Assembly: GCA_964627995.1 (NCBI GenBank)
Contig: CAZVLN010000004.1
Span: forward strand, 28,682 to 92,681
DNA from: an uncultured Saprospiraceae bacterium
GTDB taxonomy: Bacteria; Bacteroidota; Bacteroidia; Chitinophagales; Saprospiraceae
DNA: 64,000 bases
Reading direction: 5' to 3'
Each line of letters opens with the position of its first letter. Positions within the stretch are counted from its first letter, which is position 1. Positions 7,690-17,763 of this stretch are shown piece by piece. The translations under genes were made by a program, and so were the position numbers. The notes below the pieces were generated by a model that was not told the DNA's origin, did not search any database, and saw only the letters and a list, made by a program, of their open reading frames with translations.

Positions 7690-8270
7690 ACGGGCCGGCC
7701 GCCCTATACATCACAAAGGTATGGATTTTGTCCGGCTATCCCTTATTTTTTTATTTCTTTTGGCCGCATCCCTCAGTCGCTATGCTCCATCGGGTCGGGT
7801 CGTCCAGGGGTTCCGTCCTTCCCTGCCCAAAGTCTTGGTCAGGTCGGACAGCCTCCACCAGACGGCAGAGGCTCCCTTACCACCCCTTGCGGGGCCTACA
7901 CGCCGGGCCACTGTTTGAGGAGCTGAGGGAGGGCAAAGTCAATAACCGAAGAAACGTAACGATCAATAAAACCCAAAACTCCTCCGTAAAATCGGTGATT
8001 CAGACTCGTTCAAGAAATAACCTATTTACACAAGCCCGGAGGGCTTGAGTGTGATTAGCCCCGAGCTTGCGCTCGGGGTTATGAAGCAAACAGAATTCCA
8101 CCCCTGAAGGGGTTGAACTAAAACTCGTTATGATCAAAATGAACGGTTGATTGACATCCCGGTCGATATGATATTGAACCCGTTCAGGGTTCCGAGTATG
8201 GTTCCATTGTCCACCCCGTGCTTTCGCCCGAGGCTAATGGCAGCCATCCCCTACAACCAATCCTGTCCGT
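7690..8270. repeat. G+C-rich structured repeat block (family copies at 7690-7930, separate multi-hairpin module at 8030-8250)
   Basis: ggattttgtccggctatccc at 7723-7742. gggtcgggtcgtccaggggttccgtcc at 7792-7818 closely matches 30725-30753. Perfect hairpins at 8032-8046, 8059-8078, 8101-8112 and 8176-8192. A closing pair attagcc 8054-8060 / ggctaat 8232-8238. Confidence 0.6.
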
Positions 8271-8402
8271 TTAAAGGCGCAAATTATTGATATTAGAGAA
8301 ATAAAAATATGTGTGTAGTAAAATGAGCGTCACAACGAGCTAATTCTCCGGGTATTTTTAGAATACGATGAATGGTATTCTTGAAATTTAAAAGTTAGTC
8401 TT

Positions 8403-8675
8403 ATGAAAAAGCTTATTTTAATTAGTATTTTACTTAGCAGTTTTCTATTATGTGGAGCAACTTATTATAAGGAAATTTCCAGCCCCACAAAACCTCCTTT
8501 CTTTAATCAGACCACAAAAGATTTCGATCCAAATGATCTATCCATTCCTCATGCAAATGATTTGGGCTATTCCGTACAGGATGTAAGTTATTACATGAGC
8601 GACGGTAGTTTTTTTGTGCGGCGGGGAACAGGAGAGGTGTTTTACATGTACATATACGTTCCAGTTTCTGAATAG
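8403..8675 (+). CDS. Small secreted or lipoprotein-like hypothetical protein
   Basis: 90 aa with an N-terminal signal-like MKKLILISILLSSFLLCGA. No other motif. Confidence 0.45.
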   Translation: MKKLILISILLSSFLLCGATYYKEISSPTKPPFFNQTTKDFDPNDLSIPHANDLGYSVQDVSYYMSDGSFFVRRGTGEVFYMYIYVPVSE

Positions 8676-8838
8676 ACGATCGAAAGAATCTTTTCACTCT
8701 TAGACTGCCGAAACCCGCGAAAGCAGGAGAAAAAGGATATTTGTCAGATACTTGGTCTATTATTTGTCTTTATGTTTTCATTCATGAATGGCTGCGGTAA
8801 ACCCTGTCTGGCACCAAATTAGTTTGTACTTTTGTACA

Positions 8839-9375
8839 ATGGATCGATGGATGTTTGTTTTAGTATTATCGCTTATCCTTGTTGCTTGTGAAAATGATCT
8901 TCAGGATATTAAGCGACTCTATGATTATCCCGATCCCAATATTGAGCGCGTGGATTCGCCGCGTATCACCTTTTCGGATTCGGGCTTAGTGCAAGCCTAT
9001 GTACGAGGGCCTTTACTTCATCGTAAAGCTACAGCCGGCGGAAATTTTACAGACAGGTTCATAGAAGGTGTAGAGGTCGAGTTCCTTGGTCCTGATGGCA
9101 AGCCCACAAGTTGGCTGTTTGCTGATTATGGCGAAAACCGAAAGTCAGTAAATGAGGTGTATGTTCGCGACAATGTTTTATTGTACAATGATAAAGGAGA
9201 TACGCTTCAGTCTGAAGATTTGTACTGGGACATTTCCGAGTCTATTTTGTACACCGACAAATTTGCTCGCCTTCGATCTCAGGATAAATTATTCTATGGC
9301 TTTGGATTTAAAGCTAAAGATGATTTTTCTGAATGGGAAATGAAAGCACTTAAAGGTGTGGCTGATGTGGATTAA
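8839..9375 (+). CDS. LptC-like periplasmic LPS export protein (probable)
   Basis: Start chosen at MDRWMFVLVLSLILVAC (membrane anchor or lipobox). The beta-rich body and the position just upstream of a DUF21-CBS transporter match the lptC neighbourhood recalled from other Bacteroidota. Confidence 0.5.
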   Translation: MDRWMFVLVLSLILVACENDLQDIKRLYDYPDPNIERVDSPRITFSDSGLVQAYVRGPLLHRKATAGGNFTDRFIEGVEVEFLGPDGKPTSWLFADYGENRKSVNEVYVRDNVLLYNDKGDTLQSEDLYWDISESILYTDKFARLRSQDKLFYGFGFKAKDDFSEWEMKALKGVADVD

Positions 9376-9407
9376 ACACTCTATTTTTAACCAATAATTA
9401 CGAAAAC

Positions 9408-10658
9408 GTGCTCACTGTTGCAATCATAACGACCTTATTACTATCCGGATTTTTTTCCGGATCAGAAATCGCATTCATTTCTTCTTCTCGACTGAATATT
9501 GAGTTGCGGCGGCGTGACGGTTCTCGAGCTGGTGGCTTATTGGCTAGCATGTATGATCATCCCAGCCAATTTATCAGCGTAATGCTAGTGGGTAATAATA
9601 TAGTATTAGTTGCATTTGCTTATCTCATGAGTTTAGTACTAGATCCGATGCTAGGCCCAAGTATCGAGAATCCCGTTTTGATGGGATTGGTACAAACCAC
9701 TATCATTACCTCATTGGTTTTATTATTCGGGGAATTTATTCCTAAGACGATATTTCGGCTTTTTTCCAATGACCTTTTAACGGCTTTTGTTTATCCTTTA
9801 ACCTTTTTCACATACGCCCTAGCCATTCCTGCCCGAATTATGCGTGCTATGAGTCAGGTTTTACTTCGCGTGATATTTCGAGGAGAACAAAAAGTGGTAA
9901 ATACCAATTTTTCACGTTATGATTTAGAAGAATTTGTCCAGGATCGAGCTGCGGAAGCCGAAGAAGAAATGGAGACTGAAATGTTTCGCAATGCTCTTCA
10001 TTTAAAGCAGACTAGAGTCCGGTCAGTCATGGTCCCGCGTACTGAAATCAAACATATTGACCAAAATGCCTCATTGAAAGAGTTGTCAGCCTTATTTCAG
10101 GAAACCAAGCATTCACGAATTTTAATTACTGATGACGACATTGACAATATTCTTGGGTACGTCCACCATCAACAATTGATTGGTTCGCGCTCGAAAATGA
10201 AAGAAATGATCATGACTATTGATTTGGTTCCAGAAGCGATGAGCGTACAGGATTTACTTTTGAAGTTTATCCGTGAAAAAAACAGCATTGCCTATGTTGT
10301 TGATGAATTTGGCGGAACTAGTGGTCTCATTACTTTGGAAGATATTCTGGAAGAAATCTTTGGGGAAATTGAGGATGAGCACGATGAGGATGGCCATATC
10401 GGTCACCAGATTGATGAAAAAACGTATCGATTATCTGGCCGCCTTGAAATTCAATATATCAACGAACTATTCCCCTTAGTAGAATTACCTGAGGGAGACT
10501 ATACCACACTTTCCGGCTACATCGTAATGACGACCGGTCATATCCCGGAGGAAGGGGAGGATGTTGAAATCGGCCGACATAAGTTTACCATAGAATTAGT
10601 AGCTGACACGAAAATTGAGGTCGTACTTGTCGAGTTAATGGAAGGCGACTCGGATTAA
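9408..10658 (+). CDS. HlyC/CorC (CNNM) family transporter: DUF21 membrane domain, CBS pair, CorC_HlyC domain
   Basis: GTG start. N-terminal FFSGSEIAFISS (DUF21), a central CBS region, and C-terminal ..GLITLEDILEEIFGEIEDEHD.. and ..LSGYIV..GHIPEEGE.. (CorC_HlyC). Confidence 0.85.
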   Translation: MLTVAIITTLLLSGFFSGSEIAFISSSRLNIELRRRDGSRAGGLLASMYDHPSQFISVMLVGNNIVLVAFAYLMSLVLDPMLGPSIENPVLMGLVQTTIITSLVLLFGEFIPKTIFRLFSNDLLTAFVYPLTFFTYALAIPARIMRAMSQVLLRVIFRGEQKVVNTNFSRYDLEEFVQDRAAEAEEEMETEMFRNALHLKQTRVRSVMVPRTEIKHIDQNASLKELSALFQETKHSRILITDDDIDNILGYVHHQQLIGSRSKMKEMIMTIDLVPEAMSVQDLLLKFIREKNSIAYVVDEFGGTSGLITLEDILEEIFGEIEDEHDEDGHIGHQIDEKTYRLSGRLEIQYINELFPLVELPEGDYTTLSGYIVMTTGHIPEEGEDVEIGRHKFTIELVADTKIEVVLVELMEGDSD

Positions 10659-10680
10659 TAAAACGGAATTCTGCATTTTA

Positions 10681-11799
10681 TTATTCAGGTGCCGAATACT
10701 TTATGCGGTACACTGCATGATTAAAATCATCGGTAACAAGCAGGCTGCCGTCTATGTAAGGGGTGATATCAACCGGACGTCCGTATTTGTTGTGCCCATT
10801 TAACCAACCTTCGGCAAATACAGAATAATTCGTTGCCTGGTCTCCTTCGATGTCTACCATCGTAATGCGGTATCCCACGGGAATAGTTCGATTCCAGGAT
10901 CCGTGCTCGGCAATCAATAATTTTGACTTGTATTCAGCAGGCACCTCGGCTTGATTTAGAAACGAAAGGCCTAAGGGAGCGGAGTGAGCCACCAAATTTT
11001 GAGCCGGAGGTGTAAATTCATCACAAGATCTAAACTTGCCATATTTCGGATCTGGTAAATCACCTTGATGACAGTAGGGGTATCCATAGTGTTGACCATC
11101 TTCGGTAGCCACGTTGAGTTCACAAGCGGGCAAGTCATCACCCATCCAGTCTCTGTTATTTTCTGTAAACCATAGATAGCCCGTTTCTGGATCCCAATCA
11201 AAGCCAACACTATTTCGAATACCTTGATGAACCACTTCAAAATCCGTTCCATCCAAGTTTAAGCGTGAGATGGAGGCTAGGCGGTCTTCCTCTGGCAAAC
11301 AAATATTACAGGGTACTCCAATAGCTGTGTAAAGTTTATCATCCGGACCGATATTTATATATCTCCACCCGTGATGCGTATACTCTGGAAGCTCTGCATA
11401 AATCACTTGGGGCTCTACAGCTCGTGTAGGATCATCAACTAGGTTGGGAAACTTGTGGATTTGATGGATTTCAGCTACATACAAGTCATTATCATGAATG
11501 GCAATCCCATTGGGTTGATTCCAGTCTTCAGCCAGTGTAATCTTCACATCAGCGCGAAAGTCACCAGTGGTATCTTTCAAGGCATACAGACTTCCGTGTT
11601 TTCTGGTGCTGATAAATACCCATCCATTTTCTGCAACGACGATTGATCGCGCTTCTTTGACATCAGTAGCGAAGTAGGAGATTTCAAATCCTTCAGGTAA
11701 CTGAATGCGTTCCAGAACCTCCGTATCGCCCTGGGCAAAAAGAAAAGTATTCATAAGGATGAGAACAAATGCCCACCAACTGTGATTGCTATTTATCAT
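10681..11799 (-). CDS. PQQ-dependent sugar (sorbosone/glucose) dehydrogenase family protein, secreted
   Basis: Signal peptide MINSNHSWWAFVLILMNTFLFAQ, then beta-propeller-like repeats (..NGIAIHDNDLYVAE.., ..GRPVDITPYIDGSLLVTDD..). The ATG at 11799 lies 1 nt after the icmF stop. Confidence 0.7.
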   Translation of the reverse strand: MINSNHSWWAFVLILMNTFLFAQGDTEVLERIQLPEGFEISYFATDVKEARSIVVAENGWVFISTRKHGSLYALKDTTGDFRADVKITLAEDWNQPNGIAIHDNDLYVAEIHQIHKFPNLVDDPTRAVEPQVIYAELPEYTHHGWRYINIGPDDKLYTAIGVPCNICLPEEDRLASISRLNLDGTDFEVVHQGIRNSVGFDWDPETGYLWFTENNRDWMGDDLPACELNVATEDGQHYGYPYCHQGDLPDPKYGKFRSCDEFTPPAQNLVAHSAPLGLSFLNQAEVPAEYKSKLLIAEHGSWNRTIPVGYRITMVDIEGDQATNYSVFAEGWLNGHNKYGRPVDITPYIDGSLLVTDDFNHAVYRIKYSAPE

Positions 11800-11800
11800 A

Positions 11801-14800
11801 TTACATATTTCTTCTGTACTGTCCGCCCACCTCATAGAGTGCGTGAGTGATTTGTCCTAAAGAAGCTACTTTAGTCACTTCCATCAGGTCTTCAAAGGTG
11901 TTTTTATTTTCAAGTGCTGATTGCTGCAAGCGTTCCAGGGCTTTCTTTCCATCAGTCTCATGAGCTTTTTTAAGTAAGTTCAAATTTTTTATTTGACTTT
12001 CCTTTTCTTCTTTGGTGGCTCGAATGACTTCACCGGGTTGAACTGTTGGAGACCCTTCTTTTGAAAGGAACGTATTGACTCCAATAATAGGTAAATCCCC
12101 ATTATGCTTTAAGGTCTCATAATACAAGCTCTCTTCCTGGATTTTACCTCTTTGATACATGGTCTCCATAGCTCCTAAAACGCCACCACGTTCTGTGATT
12201 CGATCAAATTCAGTAAGCACTGCTTCCTCTACCAAGTCCGTTAACTCTTCGATGATGAATGATCCTTGCAATGGATTTTCATTTTTAGTAAGCCCAAGTT
12301 CTTTATTAATGATCATTTGAATCGCTACAGCTCTGCGCACACTTTCTTCAGTGGGCGTAGTGATTGCTTCATCGTAAGCATTTGTATGTAAAGAGTTACA
12401 ATTGTCATAAATTGCATATAGCGCCTGAAGGGTGGTTCGAATGTCGTTGAAACTTATTTCCTGTGCGTGTAGCGATCGGCCCGATGTTTGAATGTGGTAC
12501 TTTAGCTTTTGGCTTCGGCCATTTGCCTGGTACTTTTCACGCATGGCTTTGGCCCAAATTCGACGGGCGACACGACCGATAACGGCATATTCCGCATCTA
12601 CTCCATTGGAAAAGAAGAATGATAAATTGGGAGCAAAGTCATTGATGTCCATCCCCCGGGATAGGTAATACTCCACAAAGGTGAAGCCATTTGCCAGTGT
12701 AAAAGCAAGTTGAGTTATGGGATTAGCTCCCGCTTCAGCAATGTGGTATCCGGAAATGGAAACCGAATAAAAGTTTCTAACTTTTTGATCAATGAAATAG
12801 GCCTGCACATCTCCCATGAGTTTTAAAGAAAACTCGGTAGAGAAGATACAGGTGTTTTGTGCCTGATCTTCCTTGAGAATATCAGCTTGTACAGTACCCC
12901 TTACAGAAGAAAGCGCTTTTGCCTTCAACTCTTTATAGATTTCTGGTTCTAGGATTTGATCTCCAGTGACACCTAGAAGAAGTAATCCCAGTCCTGTATT
13001 TGTTTTGGGTAGCTCGCCCAGGTATTTTGGTCGCTCCAAATCCTTCTCGTCGTACAATTCTACAAGCTTGGCCTCAACTTGGCCTTCCAGATTATTTTCT
13101 CGAATATACTTTTCACATTGTTGATCAATCGCCGCATTCATGAAGAATGCGCAGATTGTTGCTGCGGGACCATTGATGGTCATGGATACCGATGTTTTCG
13201 GGTCGCAAAGGTCAAACCCAGAGTAAAGCTTTTTGGCATCATCTAAACTACAAATGCTAACTCCGGAGTTACCAACTTTACCATAAATATCTGGTCGATG
13301 ATCTGGATCTTCTCCATATAGGGTCACAGAGTCAAAAGCAGTAGATAGTCTTGCCGCTGGCATATCTTCTGATAAATAATGAAATCTTCGATTTGTGCGT
13401 TCCGGCCCCCCCTCTCCAGCAAACATGCGTGTAGGGTCTTCTCCAGATCGCTTAAAAGGATATACGCCTGCTGTATACGGAAATTCGCCTGGCACATTTT
13501 CTGTAAGTGACCATCGAAGAATCTCACCCCAGTCCTTATACTTTGGAAGTATTACTCGCGGTATTTCCGTGTGTGATAGGGTTTTAACCTTTGTGGGTAC
13601 TCTGATTTCTTTTCCTCTAACAGAATACACATACTCATCTCCACTATAATTTTCTACTTTCTGATTCCACTCGTCTAATATAATGCGGCAACGCCCATCC
13701 AGGATAATCTTGTAATGCTCATAGAGATCCTTAAGTCTCTCGTAAACAGGTCCGTTTTCCTCGTTTTCTTCAGCCAAAAGCTCCATACTTTGGTTCAGGC
13801 CAAATAATTTACGTGCAATGCGCACTTGTTTATCTACCCAATCATCATAGGAGCGATTATTTTCAGATATTTCAGACAAATAGCGCGTCCGCCGCGGTGG
13901 AATGATATAGATCTTTTCGCTCATTTCCTCTGAGGGAGTAAAATTAGATTTTAAGGGGCTATCAGTTTTTTGAGCGACCACCTCCATGATATGCTGGTAT
14001 AAATTATTGGTGCCCGGATCGTTAAATTGAGAAGCTATACTGCCGTATACGGGCAGGTCTTCATCCTTCACATCCCACAATTGTTGATTGCGCTTATATT
14101 GCTTTTTTACATCGCGGAGTGCATCTTTAGCTCCCCGCTTATCGAACTTATTAATGCAGATCACATCGGCAAAGTCCAACATATCAATTTTCTCTAATTG
14201 AGTAGCTGCTCCGTATTCTGGCGTCATTACATAGAGCGAAACATCGGAGTGGTCAATGATTTCAGTATCAGATTGGCCGATACCTGATGTTTCTAAAATG
14301 ATAAAGTCAAACTGAGCAGCCTTGAGAATATCAAGCGCAGAGTGCACGTGTTTTGAAAGAGCTAGATTTGATTGACGAGTGGCGAGAGAACGCATAAAAA
14401 CGCGGTCACTTTTCACACTATTCATTCGTATGCGATCGCCGAGTAGCGCTCCTCCCGTTTTTCTCTTAGAAGGATCCACAGATATTACTCCTATGGTTTT
14501 ATCTTTAAAATCGAGCAGAAACCTTCGGATAAGCTCATCTACCAGACTTGACTTTCCGGCTCCTCCTGTTCCTGTTATTCCAAGAATGGGCGTTTTTACC
14601 TCTTTTGCTTGTTTTTGAATACGCGGCAGCCATTCAGCGGATTCTTCCGGATAGTTTTCTACGGCTGTAATCAATCGGGCCAATCGACCCTTCTGATCAG
14701 GAGATAACTTCTTTTCTTTAACATCTACGTCTTGTCCCAAGGGGAAGTCTGACTTTTCTAGCAAGTCATTTATCATACCTTGTAAACCCATTTCTCGACC

Positions 14801-15181
14801 ATCATCCGGAGAGTAGATACGTGTTATCCCATAGTCGTGAAGCTCCTCAATTTCTTCAGGTAGGATTGTTCCACCACCGCCACCAAAAAGTTTGATGTGT
14901 TCGGCGCCTCTTTCTTTAAGCAGGTCATACATATATTTGAAATACTCCGTATGTCCTCCCTGATATGAGGTGATCGCTATGGATTGCGCATCTTCTTGAA
15001 TGGCTGTATCTACAATTTCTTGTACTGAGCGATTATGCCCCAGATGTATAACTTCAGCACCTGAACTTTGCATAATTCTACGCATAATGTTAATAGCAGC
15101 ATCGTGCCCGTCAAATAAGGAGGCGGCACTTACGATCCGGACCTTATTTTTCGGCTTATATATATTTATAGCTTGGGTCAT
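11801..15181 (-). CDS. icmF: Fused isobutyryl-CoA mutase (B12-binding domain, MeaB-like GTPase, mutase catalytic domain)
   Basis: 1126 aa. N-terminal B12-binding region (..[11 protein letters not shown]..), G-domain P-loop [17 protein letters not shown], and a C-terminal methylmalonyl-CoA-mutase-like barrel. Confidence 0.9.
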   Translation of the reverse strand: MTQAINIYKPKNKVRIVSAASLFDGHDAAINIMRRIMQSSGAEVIHLGHNRSVQEIVDTAIQEDAQSIAITSYQGGHTEYFKYMYDLLKERGAEHIKLFGGGGGTILPEEIEELHDYGITRIYSPDDGREMGLQGMINDLLEKSDFPLGQDVDVKEKKLSPDQKGRLARLITAVENYPEESAEWLPRIQKQAKEVKTPILGITGTGGAGKSSLVDELIRRFLLDFKDKTIGVISVDPSKRKTGGALLGDRIRMNSVKSDRVFMRSLATRQSNLALSKHVHSALDILKAAQFDFIILETSGIGQSDTEIIDHSDVSLYVMTPEYGAATQLEKIDMLDFADVICINKFDKRGAKDALRDVKKQYKRNQQLWDVKDEDLPVYGSIASQFNDPGTNNLYQHIMEVVAQKTDSPLKSNFTPSEEMSEKIYIIPPRRTRYLSEISENNRSYDDWVDKQVRIARKLFGLNQSMELLAEENEENGPVYERLKDLYEHYKIILDGRCRIILDEWNQKVENYSGDEYVYSVRGKEIRVPTKVKTLSHTEIPRVILPKYKDWGEILRWSLTENVPGEFPYTAGVYPFKRSGEDPTRMFAGEGGPERTNRRFHYLSEDMPAARLSTAFDSVTLYGEDPDHRPDIYGKVGNSGVSICSLDDAKKLYSGFDLCDPKTSVSMTINGPAATICAFFMNAAIDQQCEKYIRENNLEGQVEAKLVELYDEKDLERPKYLGELPKTNTGLGLLLLGVTGDQILEPEIYKELKAKALSSVRGTVQADILKEDQAQNTCIFSTEFSLKLMGDVQAYFIDQKVRNFYSVSISGYHIAEAGANPITQLAFTLANGFTFVEYYLSRGMDINDFAPNLSFFFSNGVDAEYAVIGRVARRIWAKAMREKYQANGRSQKLKYHIQTSGRSLHAQEISFNDIRTTLQALYAIYDNCNSLHTNAYDEAITTPTEESVRRAVAIQMIINKELGLTKNENPLQGSFIIEELTDLVEEAVLTEFDRITERGGVLGAMETMYQRGKIQEESLYYETLKHNGDLPIIGVNTFLSKEGSPTVQPGEVIRATKEEKESQIKNLNLLKKAHETDGKKALERLQQSALENKNTFEDLMEVTKVASLGQITHALYEVGGQYRRNM

Positions 15182-15240
15182 AGCGTGTTTATTTTTAGGA
15201 TTAAATCATACCCATGGTACGTGATTGAAATATACGAATT

Positions 15241-15873
15241 TTACCTCTGATGGGCTAGAACAGCAGCTTTGAATTCATTTAAAATCATCGCTGTGGCTCC
15301 CCAAACAATATTTTTCTCCAAATAGAAATGAGGAACATCGGGGAGCACTCGATCTTTTCCAACTGCGATCTCTCGATATTGTAGACTACTTTCATCGATA
15401 ATTTCTGAAATCTTAGGTGTAATAATAGCATCTACCTCGGTTTCTTGCAATTGAAATTCAGGAGACTCATCAGCAAAGGATAGAAAAGGGTAAACAAGGA
15501 AATTGCTTACGGGAATATATAAAGTGCTTAGAGCACCTATTTTTTTTGTTTTTTGTGGTGATATGCCTACTTCTTCGCGTGCTTCGCGAAGTGCGGTATC
15601 CCAGTATGTTGCATCTTGAGACTCTTGTTGGCCGCCGGGAAATGAGATTTGGCCTGCATGTGGATCTGATGGATATCGAGAGGCTCTTTTTATGAAGCAC
15701 ATCCGATGCTGTCCGGCTTGATCAGGGAAGATATGCAGAAGTACTGCTGCAGTCTTTGCATTTTTTGGTTTTTTCACCCGAGACCTTCCAAAACCAGATA
15801 GTTCTGCTTGAGCCGCAGTTCCCGGCAATTCAAGCTGGGGAAAAGAATCTAAAAAATGACGTAAGTACTCCAA
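15241..15873 (-). CDS. NUDIX hydrolase, CoA pyrophosphatase type
   Basis: Nudix box GGQQESQDATYWDTALREAREEVGI. Length 210 aa. Confidence 0.8.
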   Translation of the reverse strand: MEYLRHFLDSFPQLELPGTAAQAELSGFGRSRVKKPKNAKTAAVLLHIFPDQAGQHRMCFIKRASRYPSDPHAGQISFPGGQQESQDATYWDTALREAREEVGISPQKTKKIGALSTLYIPVSNFLVYPFLSFADESPEFQLQETEVDAIITPKISEIIDESSLQYREIAVGKDRVLPDVPHFYLEKNIVWGATAMILNEFKAAVLAHQR

Positions 15874-15923
15874 AACTATCCCTGTTTATTTGTCTAACAT
15901 CAAAAAATAGGGGAGTGTTCGCT

Positions 15924-16700
15924 TTATTTTTTTCCGTTAGCTACAACTATATACTTCTCGAGAGCCATAGTCATTGATGGCGTCTCAGGTTGAGGTGCTT
16001 TAATATTAATTTCCAATCCTCGATCTTCAACCGCCTTGCTAGTGGAGTTGCCAAAAGCAGCTATACGCGTATCATTTTGTTTGAAGTCAGGAAAGTTTTT
16101 ATATAAAGATTCGATACCTAATGGACTAAAGAAAACTAGAACATCGTAAGTGATATCAGCTAGATCGCTAAGGTCACTCGCTACGGTTCGATACATCATC
16201 GCTTCTTGATGATCTATATTTTCTGCCTTTAGGTAACGTACGACTTGTTTACTTCCCAGATTAGAGCAAGGTAAAAGGAAGTTTTCAGTTTTTTTGTGCT
16301 TTTTGAATGCGCTTTCAAGGTCAGCAATTTTGCGTTTGCCAACAAAAACCTTACGCTTTCTGTACACAATAAACTTCTGTAAATAGTGCGCTACAGCTTG
16401 AGAAATACAAAAGTATTTGGTGTCTTCTGACATTTTAATTCTCATCTCTTCACACATACGGAAGAAATGGTCGATACTGTTTCTGCTTGTAAAAATAACT
16501 GCAGAGTATTCGTCAGGACGGACGCGCTGTTTGCGAAACTCTTTTTCCGTGACCTCTTCAACATGAATAAAAGATCGGAAATCAATTTTCAGATCGTATT
16601 TTTCGGCTAAATTGAAAAATGGAGATCTTTGTGGTTGGGGTTGTGAAACTAAAATAGTTTCCACAGGTTTATATACCTGTTTCTTGGTGTTCGTTGCCAT
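15924..16700 (-). CDS. hemD: Uroporphyrinogen-III synthase family protein (Bacteroidota HemD-like)
   Basis: ILVSQPQPQRSPFFNLAEKYDLKIDFRSFIHVE at the N-terminus and FKQNDTRIAAFGNSTSKAVEDRGLEINIKAPQPETPSMTMALEKYI at the C-terminus match the conserved Bacteroidota HemD-like family. Confidence 0.75.
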   Translation of the reverse strand: MATNTKKQVYKPVETILVSQPQPQRSPFFNLAEKYDLKIDFRSFIHVEEVTEKEFRKQRVRPDEYSAVIFTSRNSIDHFFRMCEEMRIKMSEDTKYFCISQAVAHYLQKFIVYRKRKVFVGKRKIADLESAFKKHKKTENFLLPCSNLGSKQVVRYLKAENIDHQEAMMYRTVASDLSDLADITYDVLVFFSPLGIESLYKNFPDFKQNDTRIAAFGNSTSKAVEDRGLEINIKAPQPETPSMTMALEKYIVVANGKK

Positions 16701-16718
16701 GCAAGTCTTTTTAATTTC

Positions 16719-17660
16719 TTAGCTGAAATAAGGTTGAAAGAACTTGTAAAGCACTGCTAAGGGTGCTATTTCGATGGTGCAAAGGTACAATAAAAAATGG
16801 AACTTGTGCTGACTTAAAAGTGGTGCAGCTATAAAAAGTCCTCTAAGTTGCCGTAAGATGTAAAACAATCCGATAAGAAACAGGGCTAAATATATAAAAT
16901 AAATAGTTAATGCGTCTGGTGAAAATGCAATAAAAAGATTAACTGGGAATAAAATTAAGCCCAAAAAGAGATTAAATATGAGAATAGTGAAACTGAATTG
17001 ATAGACTGTTTTTTCAATCGGAAAAATACCACCAATGAACCCTAAGGATAAATGTCGGACAGTATAAATTAGTCCAAGCATAACACTAATGGTGAGTAAA
17101 TTGACCTCAAGTGATAAGTAGTTAGTTTGTTCAGAAACTAAAAATAGAAACAGTCCCCCATTAATGATGCTGAAGAAGTAAAGAAATACAAATTGAGATA
17201 GTCCTCTGGATCTCAATTTTCTCAGCAGTAAGTTTAGATAATTATCGTTGAGTATTGACCGGAAAATTTCATTGACCACTGAGCGCCGAAAGGAAATAAC
17301 TACAGTCAAGTACAATACGAGTAAAATGAATGTCCCAAAGATCAGATTGCTTTTGCGTTGCGAACTAAGGGGTAAAGTATCATCAGCCTCATGAGCAGAA
17401 TCTACTTTTTCCCCAACTTTTGGAGCACCGGTGTCTATTGAAATGTTCACTTCGCGTCTACCTAGGGAGTCACTCTCAGCTAACGAATCTGATGGTATCT
17501 GAAATGGATTTTTAACTGGCGGTGGAGAAGCGAAGGAATCCTGACTAGTTTGCTTCGGTTGTTCGAGCCGGTGTCTTAAGTCAAATGGTGATTGGCTTGA
17601 TATTGATTGAATATATCCAATGCAGATCAGTAAGATTACGTAAATCTTAAGTTTCGCCAT
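16719..17660 (-). CDS. Multi-pass membrane protein (DUF4271-like, usual neighbour of hemD in Bacteroidota)
   Basis: Signal or anchor, an acidic/Ser-rich spacer, then about 6 hydrophobic helices. ATG at 17660 is preferred over TTG at 17675. Confidence 0.55.
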   Translation of the reverse strand: MAKLKIYVILLICIGYIQSISSQSPFDLRHRLEQPKQTSQDSFASPPPVKNPFQIPSDSLAESDSLGRREVNISIDTGAPKVGEKVDSAHEADDTLPLSSQRKSNLIFGTFILLVLYLTVVISFRRSVVNEIFRSILNDNYLNLLLRKLRSRGLSQFVFLYFFSIINGGLFLFLVSEQTNYLSLEVNLLTISVMLGLIYTVRHLSLGFIGGIFPIEKTVYQFSFTILIFNLFLGLILFPVNLFIAFSPDALTIYFIYLALFLIGLFYILRQLRGLFIAAPLLSQHKFHFLLYLCTIEIAPLAVLYKFFQPYFS

Positions 17661-17763
17661 GGTCAAAAATATCAAAAAGATATCATATGTATCATTGTTT
17701 GGTGTAAAAACTGCTTTAGCCTAGCATTTCTCTTGCTCACTTTGTTTGTCTTATCTTTGAAAT

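Noticed and set aside
7677-7830. ZTP (pfl) riboswitch upstream of purS, suggested by gggtcg...
   Set aside because: The motif is on the plus strand, while purS is on the minus strand. No CCGCCTGGGC pseudoknot partner is present, and the same string recurs at 30725, so it is part of the repeat.
7682-8048. ORFs 7682-7918(+) and 7728-8048(+)
   Set aside because: These two overlapping frames run through the repeat block and have the same Arg/Pro/Ser-rich composition as the other repeat-derived ORFs (30653-30835, 45078-45374, 60121-60346). They are spurious.
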